DNA from: Antedon mediterranea
Taxonomy: Eukaryota > Animalia > Echinodermata
Assembly: GCF_964355755.1 (NCBI RefSeq)
Contig: NC_092670.1
Span: 37,746,388-37,810,387 of the forward strand
Length of the DNA: 64,000 bases
Direction: 5' to 3'
Numbering within the stretch: position 1 is the first letter of the stretch; each line of letters starts with the position of its first letter. A program made the translations under genes and the position numbers. The notes under the pieces were generated by a model. That model saw only the letters and a program-made list of their open reading frames with translations. It had not been told where the DNA came from and searched no databases. Of this stretch, positions 36,854 through 50,039 are shown in pieces.

Positions 36854-38219
36854 AATTTTGTGAGTGTCATAAAATATGGTAAACAACTCAAATAAATATA
36901 TCTGGTATATAAATTGAGACAAGATTTCAATATGGCTGGCCATTTTTTCTTTCCAAAATGCAATTGTTTCTATGATAGATTTCTTGGTGGATTTAACTCG
37001 ATTCCTAACTTCAAATTTCTTGGTAGATTAAAATTGGTTTCTTGTAAAATTAAATAGACTTGAATAAGTCAATTTTGGGGTCTTTCAAAATTTATAAACT
37101 CTAAAATTGTTCAAATTATGTACAAAATAAATTTGAGATTCATTTCTCATATCTTTTCCCTTCCCATTGTACTTTTAATAAAGAAATTGTTTTTTTCAAT
37201 GAATTTTGTTTTATATTTAATAATCAATCTAACATATTTAATATTTTTTTTAGCAATGTATTATTTTTAATTTTTTTGAACATCATTTCTATTTTTCGAA
37301 TTAATTTGGTTTTTAATGAAGTTTTGCGTAAAATTAGTTAAAAATGTTGAAATAATAACAGTTATTTAGCTTTGAATAGGAGTACAGTATTATATATTTT
37401 TATCAATTTTTAAATGTAACTGTAGGTAAAAAATGTTGTTAATTTAATATTTACATACTACACTGTACTGTAGTAGCCATTAAATTGTATTAAATGAAAT
37501 GAACAATTGTTAAAGGCAAAATAAAATATTGTTTTAGAATTTCCTCAATCTTGGTCAGTCAAAGCAACATTGGCTGTGGATGTATGCAACCTCCAATCTA
37601 AAATGCTTGAATTGCCTTGTGTATGTAATTGAATTCACTGTCTTTACTATGTAAATAATTTATGTAAATGTTGTATAGTTAGTGGTAGTGTTTGTATGGT
37701 GTGGTTTGCCGCTGATAATATAGTTGCTTAATTTAATAACAGTAATAAGTTATTTTCAATTTCATTATTCAATTTTTATTTATTTTACTGCAGTAACTAC
37801 TGTGACAAATTTACTTTATGAAGCAGATACAGCAATATCTGTTTGAATACCCACTCCCCACCAAAAAAAAGAGGCCTCGTCCTACTGTACTTCGCAAATT
37901 CTATAGCTCTGTGTACACTATTAAACTAGTTTGAAAAAAAAATGGGCACATCACATTTTTTGATCACATAACGTTTGATAGTGTAGACAGAGCTTAAGTT
38001 TATGTTCTCGTTTATCAAGTCACATTTAGCTATCCATTTTGGTATGTTCTTCTTTTCCAATCTATGGAACGCAATTGCTGAATAAAATTTGCATTGCATG
38101 TTGATGGTAATACTGGTAATCAAAAAGTAGATTAGTTACTGCAGTAAAACCATTTTGACACCATCCTTTACAACTGAGATACTTCAGAAAACAAGCAATA
38201 TGTATTAATATATTTTAAG

Positions 38220-38450
38220 AGTTGGGTAGCCGAGTGGTTAGGACACTTGACTGTCATACAGAGAGACCCGGGTTCAATTCCTAACAACTCCCAGTCCACT
38301 CAGCTGTAAATGAGTACTTGGTTGAAAATACTAGGGAGAAAAAGGCGGCATGGATAGGAACTGGCCACCCTACCACATAATGCCATGGCTTAGTACAATG
38401 AACTCCTAACAGCTCATTCCCCTACGTTCTGAATAACATGGGACTTGCCT
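38220..38450 (+). mobile_element. tRNA-derived SINE
   Basis: A box tagccgagtgg and B box ggttcaattcc, followed by cccagtccactcagctgtaaatgagtac and a non-tRNA body. Confidence 0.7.
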
Positions 38451-39085
38451 TTATATATTATTATTACCTTTATCTTAAATAGGGCATTAACATTCCTTCA
38501 ATGTCCTAGGTTTTAATTAAAATATCCGGCAATAATAGTTGGGACTGAAATTCGTTTGCCTTTTCTACCTCCAGCTATATCGTGTATAGTTTTCTATCGT
38601 ACATGTATATTACCGTATATGTTTTGTGAGTATTATACTATTGTTTAGAGTTTTTTTTATTAAAGAAAAAAAAACAAATCATTGCTAGATCAAATAGTAA
38701 ATTTTTATTAAAATTGAGAAAAAGACAAATTCGTTTACACAATTTTCTTTTTGGTGAATTACTTGAATCATTGCATTTTATTCTTTATTGTGTAAAATAA
38801 CTATGCTTAATATATAAATATATATAGATTTGTTCCTGCACGGCGCAACACAAGGATGTAAGCGGTCACCAGTAATTTAACCAATCACGATGCGATGGAT
38901 CGTCCACATTTTTGCTTGTGATTGGTCAACCCTTGCATTGCACCTACAATGTTGCATTCAAGTGGTAACAAAGTTTAAAAACACAGTTAATAATAATATA
39001 GTTTTATTTATTTATATTATTGCAAAGTGGCCCATTCTTACAGCATCAAGCCCGGCCAGGCAAATGTCATATCAATTTTTCCAGT

Positions 39086-41242
39086 TCATTTATTTATCAG
39101 AATTTTCATTTTACTGTACTGTTCTTCGAGATCGTGTACTCGTGTTTGGTGATTAGTATCAATATCCGCTTGTTCCTCAGACAATCTTTCGGTAAATGCT
39201 TTCCATTCATTTTCCCGCTGGATTCGATTTTCCTTTAATGGGTCGTCCTTCGAAAGAAAATTTAAGTAGATTAGGATAAGCAAATAATGAGCAAGTTATG
39301 GTTATATAAAGAGCTGTTCTGCTTTCGCAAACAAAATGGGAAAATTGGGGCTTATTAAAGTTCTGTCCACACTATCAAACTTTGTGACAAAATGTGATGT
39401 ACCCATAATATGGACATGTCATATCACTACCATATTTGGGTACATCACAATTTTTTGTCAACTAGTTTGATAAGTGTAGACAGAGACTTTAATAATCGGT
39501 AAAAAACATTTGCATTTCCATTGTGTAGACGACAATACTTTACCTGCATGTGTTGTTCCTCAGTTGCAGCAATTTTCTCACAGATCTTAATAGTTCCAAG
39601 CACTGAAAATACATTTGATTTCATTATATCTATTTATGTTGTTTTCCTGCTAGACATTGATTTGGCTTATTATATTGGTTTAAGCAAACATTTTGGCACA
39701 CATGGCATGTCATACCTATACTTGAGCTGGAATTTTTTTGAGAGCAATATCAAAACGTTATGATCTGCTGGTAGCACTCGTAATGAATATTAACAACATG
39801 AAAAAGACAATTAATAGCTTGGGATAGGTCTATTCTCCTGTGTGATGTGTTATGGCTAGTGATGCTATTTCAGTATGATAATTAATATATAAAGATATGA
39901 AATGTACTGTAAATAAAATGGAATCATTTCAGAATGTTACATTACTGGTATTTCATTATATTATGCACTGCAGTAACTGCTGTAACAATAAGAGTGAATA
40001 AAGCTCTGTCTACACTATTAAACTAGTTTGACAAAAAAGGTGTGATGTGCCTAAATATGGTAGTGATATGACATCATCATGTCAATACTGTATATGGGCA
40101 CATCACATTTTGATGCACCTCTCCTGGGGGTTGTATAGTGGGTCATACAATTGACAAGTGCATTATTTTGTTATTTGATTTCGAAAAAGTAATATTTGCA
40201 ACAAGTAATGTTCTTTACAAGTTTCTTGAATGGTCTTTAAGTGTGTCTCCATGAAATCCTCACACTGTGGAAGTATTCGATCGTTTAATTCATTTGTGTG
40301 TTCTTGAATCTTTCTTAATTTTTTCATTTCTCGGTTACTGCGTCTACCTTCAAACTCCTTGACAAAATAGCGAATTTCACCTTGAATTACTGGTCTATGA
40401 TCCAGTAATCTAGCCTGAATTTCACCAATATCTGAAAAAACAATTAGTACTTATGAATCAATGTCACAGAGAGGCATATGAACGTTTAATTTTTAATATA
40501 ATTTAATATATCTAAACATCATGAATACACACGAGGGTTATGCTGGTTTTATATTTAATTTTGTGTTCTTTATTTAGATATCGACACTCCATACAAAATA
40601 CTGCGGGTGCTATTGTTGATTTTGGTCCTTGTTGTACCAAAAGTTGATTTTATCGCCACCAAAATAACCGCGACCGAATAGTTTCAAACGCGACCGATAT
40701 AATCGTAAACCATACTACTAGCCCTACGTTTAGATCCTTTTGTTACAGCTCCTGTAGCCAAATTGCACTGCAATCGAGTGCCCGGGTAGGTGCTATTGTT
40801 GATTTTGGTCCTTGTTGTACCAAAAGTTGATTTTATCGCCACCAAAATAACCGCGAACGAATAGTTTCAAACGCGACCGATATAATCGTAAACCATACTA
40901 CTAGCTAGCCCTACGTTTAGATCCTTTTGTTACAGCTCCTGTAGCCAAATTGCACTGCAATCGAGTGCCCGGGTGCTATTGTTGATTTTGGTCCTTGTTG
41001 TACCAAAAGTTGATTTTATCGCCACCAAAATAACCGCGACCGAATAATTTCAAACGCGACCGATATCGTAAACCATACTAGCCCTACGTTTAGATCCTTT
41101 TGTTACAGCTCCTGTACGTAGCCAAACCTGGCTTGTTCCAAGTATACAATACTTTTATATTTAGATAGGTATTCAATGCGATTCGTCATGTTACATAGTT
41201 ATTATTGGTTGAACATTAGTTACCTTTCAATGTGTTTTCCAT
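39086..41242 (-). CDS. BLOC1S5: BLOC-1 complex subunit 5 (Muted)
   Basis: Exons 41242-41224 (MENTLK), 40431-40219, 39602-39544, 39247-39086. DIGEIQARLLDHRPVIQGEIRYFVKEFE is the conserved Muted N-terminus. Confidence 0.9.
40604..41126. repeat. ~185-bp tandem repeat x3 in a BLOC1S5 intron, plus a fragment at 41497-41546
   Basis: ggtgctattgttgattttggtccttgttgtacc... recurs at about 40606, 40789 and 40972. Confidence 0.95.
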
Positions 41243-41819
41243 TATTATTGTTAAAAAGAAAAACAGAATGAAGTCCTAGCAGATCCGCAGACTTGGATGG
41301 ATAACTCTTACAAAATCAGGTAGGTACTTTTTTCCGTTTTGGTACTTTTGTATGTTCTTATTTTCCAATCTATGGAACGCGCGTGCTGAATAAAATTATG
41401 ATTGAAAACAACAACGGCAGTTTACACTACAATGCATATATGAGGTCTCAAATCATGAGCTCTGATTGGTCGGATGTTGTTACATAACGTATGGTAAAAT
41501 TGCACTGCAATCGAGTGCCCGGGTGTTGATTTTGGTCCTTGTTGTATTGTCTTCAAGGTTTCAACATGATATGATGTTTATCAGCAACTTAATATTACTA
41601 CTATCTTAGCAGACGATCACTCGTAATATATTAGAGTATGTTTCCTTTTTTTTCATCTTCGTCGACGTGTAGTGACACCATGGATGGTGACACATTTCGG
41701 GCTTTATAGTGATTTTGTTCATGCATGGAGAAGTTTCAGTAGTTAAAAATATAATCAGTTGTAAATAATTATTACAGTATAAATGACTATGTATACATTG
41801 AATGAATGAAACCACGTAC

Positions 41820-42108
41820 CTATAAGTTAGATTTCATGATGAAAATCGAACTTATGAGTGGAAATAAATTGAATTGAATTCTAAGAGGTCTAAATATTTA
41901 GATCAGATCCACTGAGAGAACTTTTTGTATGTGTGGCGCGCGCATACTTATTTATGTATTAACCAATCAAAATTAGACACGGTCGGGGTGTATAAAAAAA
42001 GTCAACAAACAACGTTAGTACACGTGGAAATAGTAGGCTAGCCCCGGTTAATCGGTTCTTGCTCGTCATTTAGTGTCTAAAGAAGAGCTGATGTTGCTGA
42101 ACTTCAAT
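41820..42108. promoter_or_regulatory. Bidirectional promoter for BLOC1S5/PDIA6 with ERSE-like element and TATA box
   Basis: CCAAT-N9-ACACG at 41963-41981, TATAAAA at 41991, ACACGTGG at 42020 and a local CpG cluster. Possible minus-strand UTR donor near 41819. Confidence 0.6.
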
Positions 42109-45100
42109 ATGTGGAAGTCATATAGTAAGAACTTAAATTCTGTCAATATTAAATATGCATAGGCATGGCTGGAATATAATGTAATCTAGGACAGTGTGTG
42201 TAGGCCCTAGGCCTATATATAGGCCTTCCTTTTTTTGTTTATTTTAGGCTAACCTTCATCAGGTAGTTAGGCTAGAGAGGAGGAAATGAAGGCGGTCGCC
42301 TATCCGGGCGGACAAGTGGTGTATGTCGGTTTAAATTGAATTTTTGGGAGGCTCGGGTCAGTTGTGGTGTGACCTAGGCTATCAACATACCTTGCATTTT
42401 AGAACAACTCTCAATAATATTTTAAAACATGTGTTAATTATTTATATACTTTAAAATTTAAAATAAAGACACTTCTTTCTGAGTTATGTCATGCAAAAAA
42501 GGTGTTTAAAGTGAAATTAATAATAATATGGACAATTCCTTTTAATTTGATTAACACCACTTTTGAATAGGTGTAGTTTTGGTTGTGGTAGCAGTGGAAT
42601 ATTGCTGTGCTCTCTACAGCAAGACGTCTGATGTCGTTGAGCTAACCGCTGCTAATTTCCAAGATAAAGTTGTCAATAGTGATGAACCATGGCTTGTAGA
42701 ATTTTATGCACCATGGTAAGTAGTAATAATTGAGAACATTTAACGGATTATATTCAGAAAATAAAAAGATCCACATTCCCGAAACCCTTATTCTCAAACC
42801 TCCGAAACAAGTTTTTGTGACATACAATTTTTTTCTGATTAAGTGATACAAATAGACATGAAGATAAATTGTTAAAAATAATTTGGTTTTTTTAAGGTGT
42901 GGTCACTGTAAAAGTTTGGTACCAGAATGGAACAAGGCAGCCACTGCCCTCAAGGTAGTACAATAGTTTGGAATAAAAAGTATTTATAATCCTATATCTA
43001 TATACTATAATAATAATAATAAATGTCACACTTACTTGGCTGCAATTGCTGCAGTTACTGCAGTTACTGTATATATTCTCGAGAATAGTATAATAATATT
43101 TCTTTATTTCAACTTATTTATTATAACTGATAATAATTCTATGTAGTTAAGTTCTTCTGGGCCCCAGACATATCATGTTATGGTGACTCTGGGGTCCCAG
43201 GATATTTTTGATGTCGAATAAATGAAGAAAAATAAAATCAACTGCAGTAATCATTCTGTGGTTATAAATACTGCAGCATTGTATCCGGTTTAGGCACTTC
43301 ACAAGATAAAGCCATATGTAGGCATGAGATTAGAGCATGTTCAATGGATTTGGTCTTATTTGAAGATTATTCATTTTTAATCTGCTACCTTTGGAATATC
43401 CCCTCAAATTTAAACCAATGAAGGACATTTTATCAGTGGTCATTTATGAGAGCTTGATTTATTCTTATACAAGTCTTGTATAAGAATAAATCAAGCTCTC
43501 AGAAATGACCACTAATAAAGTATTACCTAATTTAATTGCAGAGTAGATTCCCAATACAACCCTCATTAAACAAAAGCTCTGTCTACACTATCAAACTGAC
43601 AAAAAATGTGTAATGTTCCCAAATATGGTAGTGATATGACATCATCATGTCCATATATGGGCACATCACATTTTGTTGTCACATACAGTTTGATATTGTA
43701 GACAGAGCTTAAGTACCATTTCTTACTGTAAGCTGTTATAATAATATAATATAATAATTTCTAAAAACTGGGTTATTAATTAATGATTGTTGTAATTGGA
43801 TTATTCCATTTTAGGGCATCGTTAATGTAGGTGCAGTTGACATGACTGCCCACCAAGCTGTAGGCCAACCATACAACGTCCGTGGATTTCCAACAATCAA
43901 AGTGTTTGGTGCAAATAAGAAAAAGCCCACAGACTACCAAGGTTAGGCTCTTCTACAAATGACAGCATGCGCTTGTTTTACTTTAACTATTGAATTTATT
44001 TTAATAGCTACAAGAGTTTTTAAAAAGTGACGCAAAGAATTTAAAAAAAAACGTGTTTTGATAAATAATGACACAATTATAATTGATTCAATTTTTTATT
44101 TAAACTAATTGTATATAAAAATCAAAGAGTAAATACAGAAATAAACGAATAAATGATAATTGAACTTTAAAGGTGGAGAGAGAGTGTCCTACCTTTTCTT
44201 CAGTTTAAACTGAAGAGTCAATTGCCATTTTCGATTTGGAACTTTAATTGTCAACTTAAAGATTCGTTAAGTACTTTTTGTATTCAAATGGTAAATTCTA
44301 AACAGATTGTACGCGACAGAATTCATTTGAATAGAAAACGTTAACAGCGCAAGCTTTTTTGTTAGGAACAATCTCAACGCTCAAAATACTCTGCTAAATA
44401 AGTACTCAGCGGAAAAACTATACTCAACGGTAAAACTCCCAATCGAATACGACAAATGAGAATACTCTTTTTGCTGTAGTAGAACACTGACGTAGAAACA
44501 ATAAGTAATCAGTCACTTATTTATGACTTTAGTAATATGATGTAACAACCTTAAAATCAACAAATTATTTGTTTGTTTTATAGCTGCAAGAACAGCTGAT
44601 GCTATCACAGCAGAAGCACTAAAAGCAGCTACACAGATTGTTCAAGAAAGATTAGGAGGAAAGAAATCTGGAGGAGGAGGGGGAGGAAGCAAGTCAAGTG
44701 GCGGCTCAGGTGGTGGTGGACAGGTAAATAATGATCCATTCTATGAGCCTCCATATTTTTCCCATAAAGAGCGAGTGAGTGGCCAAGCCGTTAAGACAGT
44801 GGAACCATGATACAATACAACTTTATTATCTCAAACTCCGGGGAAAATTCATTTGGTTGGTATAGTACAATTTCATAAAAACGTTTAAAAAGTACACAAA
44901 AGGCAAGCACAATCACAACTATTAATCTAAAATATGTTTAAAAAAAACAAATAAAATCAGGTTCATATTGCATAGTTTTTCCATTATCCATTTAGATGAG
45001 TAGGGGTTTACCCCCTATCTAGGGAGTCGCACATCCATCAGCCGACAGTGGGTTTCCTGCTATTGTGACTCCTTGGCCAAATAAATAAAGGTATTTAAAA

Positions 45101-47914
45101 AAGGAATTTAATTATTTCTTCACAGAAAAAAGGCAGTGGAAAAGACGTCGTAGAATTGACAGACGCCAACTTTGATGAGTTAGTTTTGGGCAGTGAGGAC
45201 CACTGGCTTGTGGAGTTCTTTGCACCATGGTGTGGTCACTGCAAGAATTTAGCCCCTGAATGGGAAAGCGCTGCCACCGAGCTTAAAGGAAAGGTCAAGC
45301 TTGGAGCACTTGATTCTACCGTCCACACAATAGTGGCTGGAAAGTATGGAGTAAGTACAACAACAGATGTACAATTTATAAGTCTTATTACTGTATTATT
45401 ATTAAGCTCTGTGATGTGCCCATATATGGACATGATGATGTCATATCACTACCCATACTTGGTCATATCACTACCATATTTGGGCACATCACATTTTTTT
45501 TGTCAAACTAGTTTAATAGTGAAGACATAGCTTTAGAGATATTGTAGAGATAATAGCACTAAAGGTTGGTTGTTAACATCCTTGCTTACTAATTCCAGGG
45601 TCATTTGTTCAAATCCTCGGTATGGTATTTTTAGATTCTTAAAACAAACTACCCATAATCTATATACAGTAATAAGCATTAACACCTATTTTTGGAGAAG
45701 TTTCTTCATTACCAAAACTTTTATCCAATTATTCTTTGAATTTAAGTCATAAATAGTAATTTTTTTTTTCTTATAATTAATAGATACGTGGATATCCCAC
45801 TATTAAGTATTTCGCTCATGGCAGAAAGAATGGTGAAGCAGAGGACTTCACAGGAGGTCGTACTTCTGGTGACATTGTCAACTGGGCTATGGATAAATTT
45901 GCAGAGACTATGCCACCTCCAGAACTTTTAGAGGTAAGGAGATGACTACAGTTTCTGGTTTATGGTGTCTCTTTCGGGCTAGAGCTAGATGTGTACACTG
46001 GACCTACGGTTTATAGTCCTTATCCGAGAAGACTCGTTCTACCACCAGAACCATGGACCGAGTGAGCATCGAACCACTGCCGATGTTATGGATCCGTAAT
46101 TACGGTTTTACTGTCTTAACCGCTCGGTCAATCTGTCTCCCCCTCTCCCTTCTTCAATTTTAGAAATTAAAATGCAGAAGAAAGGACATTAGCTCAAGTT
46201 CAGCACTTGTACCAAAAGTTTATTATCCTATTTGAAATCTGAATCTGCCACTGGTTTTGTGCTATGATCAGCACACTGGGAAAACACATCCAGCCTAAAA
46301 GCCGATCTGAAATTATATTTTTATAACTGTTTTTGTGTTTCTTTAGATTACCAGCCAAGAAGTTATGGACAAGGCCACAGCCAACCCTCTGTGCGTGATT
46401 TCCGTCCTGCCCGACATCTTGGACACCGGAGCAGCCGGAAGAAATAAGTATTTGGATATCTTAAGAGACGTGGCTGATCAATATAAAAAGAAAGGATGGG
46501 GGTACGGTTTGATATTATCTTTCTTTAGTCTTATCAAATATTTATTCATTAAAGATATATTGTCCCCATAAAACCTGAAAAATGAAGATTAATAAAATCA
46601 GAATTGGAATAGGTCATTTTGAGGTTGTAATAAAGTTATTCACTTCTGTAGGAAAAAATTTTTTTTATTTATAAAAAGACAAAAGAAATGGTTGATATTT
46701 GTATCAGTGAATTATTATTATCTGTGAAATGAATGTCTCTTGTCTCTTACAGGTGGGTGTGGACCTCTCCAGGCCAGCAGACAGCTTTAGAAGACTCGTT
46801 GGGTATGGGAGGCTTCGGTTACCCAGCTCTGGCTATTGTTAATGTTCGCAAACAAAAATTCTCAATTTTCAAAGGATCATTTGATAGAGATGGAATATAT
46901 GACTTTTTAAGGTAAAAACTCTTTCTTTTTTAGTATTTTAATTTGTTATTGTATACGTTGGAACCCCTGTAAAGGTATACAAATCAAAATGTTTTTACTG
47001 CAATATATAAATAATATGATTTTTAATTCAAAGTAGAAGCTTATGAGTCTATGATTACTAAAAATAACACATTTAAAAAAATCAACAATTTTTTAAAGCA
47101 AAATTCAAAAGTGTGGTTTTAGTTTTCATCTTCATTTTGTCGAATCAAAATTATTCCACTGCAGTTACTGCAGTAACTACATGTTTTTACTGCAATATCA
47201 TATCTTTTTTATTCAATGTAGAATTTTATGAGTATGATTACTCAAAAACTCTCAACAATAAATAATTGTCTAAAGAGTAAACAAATTGTTGTTGTGGTCC
47301 TTTTAAAAATCAACGTATTGTTTATATCTATTATGTATTAACAAGTATTTGTTTATGTTTTGTTATTGCAGATCTATTTCAATGGGTAGAGGATCTACTG
47401 ATAGTCTACGTAAATTAGCAGATATTAAAGCTAGAGATCCATGGGATGGCAAAGATGGAGAAGTAAGTATTTGCCCAAATATGGTAGTGATACTGTATCC
47501 CCAAATATGGTAGTGATATGCCCAATTATGATAGTGATATGCCCAAGTATAGTATTGATATACCCAAATATGATAGTGATATGCCCAATTATGATAGTGA
47601 TATGCCCAAATATGGTAGTGATATGCTCAAATATGGTAGTGATATGACATCATGTCCATATATGGGCACATCACATTTTTTTTGTCACAAAGTTTAATCG
47701 TGTAGACAGAGCTTTACAGTAGCTACCACCAGGGTGTGGTTGAGTTTGGTGTTTTATATTTTTATTACTGTAGTGAACAAATTTGATTTGAAATGCGGAT
47801 TTATTAAGTTTTGTAATTAAAATCTTTTAAAAATTGTTTCCATAGTTACCGGAAGAAGAGGATATTGACCTTAGCGATTTTGACATGGATGACGAGGGGA
47901 AGGATGAGTTGTAA
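42109..47914 (+). CDS. PDIA6: Protein disulfide-isomerase A6 (P5)
   Basis: Exons 42109-42124, 42571-42715, 42897-42954, 43815-43941, 44584-44723, 45126-45350, 45784-45933, 46347-46501, 46753-46911, 47372-47462, 47846-47914. Signal peptide, two WCGHC thioredoxin domains joined by a Gly-rich linker, GGFGYPA, acidic tail and KDEL*. An in-frame upstream ATG at 42091 is a possible alternative start. Confidence 0.95.
43574..43711. mobile_element. Family B MITE
   Basis: Both TIRs present. Confidence 0.8.
45965..46130 (-). mobile_element. Partial DeuSINE-like copy
   Basis: Reverse-complement match to 30020-30170. Confidence 0.7.
47470..47715. mobile_element. Family B MITE with expanded internal 21-bp repeat
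   Basis: About 8 units of gcccaaatatggtagtgatat, then the right TIR. Confidence 0.75.
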
Positions 47915-48415
47915 AAGTAGCGCTATGCATATTAAGAGTCTGGACGGACTGGTGGCGGTGTTTATTTACGATATTTGGACATTCCTTTAGAAGGGGTTGG
48001 GATGGGTAATTTGTCCACAAGGGATGGGTTATATCTTATTTGTTATGTCATAATGTTTTAAAAGAAAATATTTTATGTGTGATAATATCATAGTGAAATA
48101 TGCTTTGGCCTTTTATTGATAATATGGTAGTAATTTGACAATATTGTACTATGTATACGTTTTTACATTTTCTTAATTTGCAATTTAGGAGACTATTTGA
48201 TAATATTCCTAACAGTTGGACTCTAATTATTTTCTTCTTCTATTTATTATCTTCTATACTGTATATTATTAATGTTCTCTAAATAACTTTAAAAAATAAC
48301 GAACACAATATTGTTTTATATTCTTTAGTTATGGCATTGTAGGCTTATCTTCTGTTGTGTACTTAATAATAAATCTTCCTCCAATTAATGACAACTTGTA
48401 ACTAAAGACCATCAG

Positions 48416-48572
48416 CAGTGGCGTAACAGATATGAGTGCTCGCTGGCTATAAAACCCAAGGGCCCACAGCTTATGGGGGCCCTGTGCAGTGCCCTGTGCA
48501 GTGCCCAGAAGAGGGCCACTTAGGATTCCTAAACCAGGAGCCTCAGGGCTCGCCTCTGCGTTACACCACTCG
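48416..48572. mobile_element. hAT-like MITE
   Basis: CAGTGGCGTAAC...GTTACACCACT TIRs and the same internal sequence. Confidence 0.7.
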
Positions 48573-50039
48573 CTTGATCACATTTACCACTAAAGATATG
48601 TGGAATAATTTTCTTAATTTACCTAATAATTATTGACACCATTAAAGGTTATGTTTCAAAATGGATTTTTAATATGAAACTTGAACATATTATATTCATG
48701 GTTTGGCCGGTTTCCCTCTTTCCATAAAAATCCATATCAACATTAATATAATAATATAATTATTTGTATACCGTAGGTGTCTCACAATTTTAAACGTTTC
48801 CATTATTTTGTTCGTTTGAGCGGTGTGACTTTAGTTGGAGCGATACTGGTATTTTCTTTATTCATGTAATTGTTCATGGTGTAGAATACAATACTGTAAT
48901 GAAATGATAGTATTAGTATTATCTACACAGTTCTCAGAAGTTTTGATGAAAACAAAACAATAAAAATAACATTTTCACAAATATTGCTATGCTTGTTTAT
49001 TATTAAAGATACATTTTTGTTGTTGAATATGCCATTTTAATAGTTATTCACTTTGACAAAAAATTGGCTCGAAAAAATTATAAAAAAAAAAAAAATGTAA
49101 TTTAAAGCAAAAAATAGTCAAATTGTCTTTGTCGACATTTATTTTGAAATCATTATTTGTTTTCATGGAAGTGAATAAGTTAATTGAAACTGCAAAATAG
49201 TGTATTCAATGTCTGATTAGGCCTATATAAATCTTTATTTTTATTGATTATTGGGGACAACATCTTTAAATTTATGAGTGAGCGCCTCACATGGTATAGG
49301 ACTACATTGCGCTTTTTGGTAGTAGTCACTCTCATACTGTAGGCCTACATTTAAAAGTAACACATCCAAATGCCAACTTCAAGTCAATGGCTACCAGATG
49401 TCTCTGTGAGACGGTTATTTGAACCAGTACCAGTGCACGTATACTGAAAACTTCGGGAAGTTGATGTTTGCAATTTCAAAATTAAAGCATTCTCGTAGAG
49501 GATGATGTCCCGACATACCTATTAGTTTTGTAAATAATGTAATCGTCACAAATTTCATGTTATCCAATTTCCTGCCTCCTCCTTTTTGTGACAGAAATGT
49601 ATCGTTTATGTCACAAACTATAATATTCATTTTGTTTTTATATGTATTGATGTATTGTCCCCCTGAAAAATTTTTTTTTTTTTTTTCAAATTGGCTGCCA
49701 GTTTGGTTGAATTTAACCGTTTTTTTATTTTGTCATTTTATAACTGAAAACCTTATCTTTTCTGGTTTTTTTCTACGGAAGTGATTAACTTAGTTAAAAC
49801 TCAAAAATTGCCTATTCAAAGTCTGATTTTAATAATCTTCAGTTTTCATGGTTTTTGGGGGGACAATCGGGGGGACAACATCTTTAATCTTATAAAAACG
49901 ATATTTTACACTGAACGTTAAATTTATTCAGAAAGTTTGTTTCTTTTCATGATTTGTTTGTAATAAATATTATGTAATACAGTACATGAATGTGTTTTTA
50001 TATCTAATTGGAAATATTATCGAAAAAGGTAATCAACTA

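Noticed and set aside
38220-38290. tRNA gene (also 21995-22065 on the minus strand)
   Set aside because: A and B boxes are present but there is no clean acceptor stem, so these are SINE heads or relics.
42109-47914. TXNDC5 instead of PDIA6
   Set aside because: It has two, not three, CGHC domains, plus the Gly linker and GGFGYPA-containing b domain of PDIA6.
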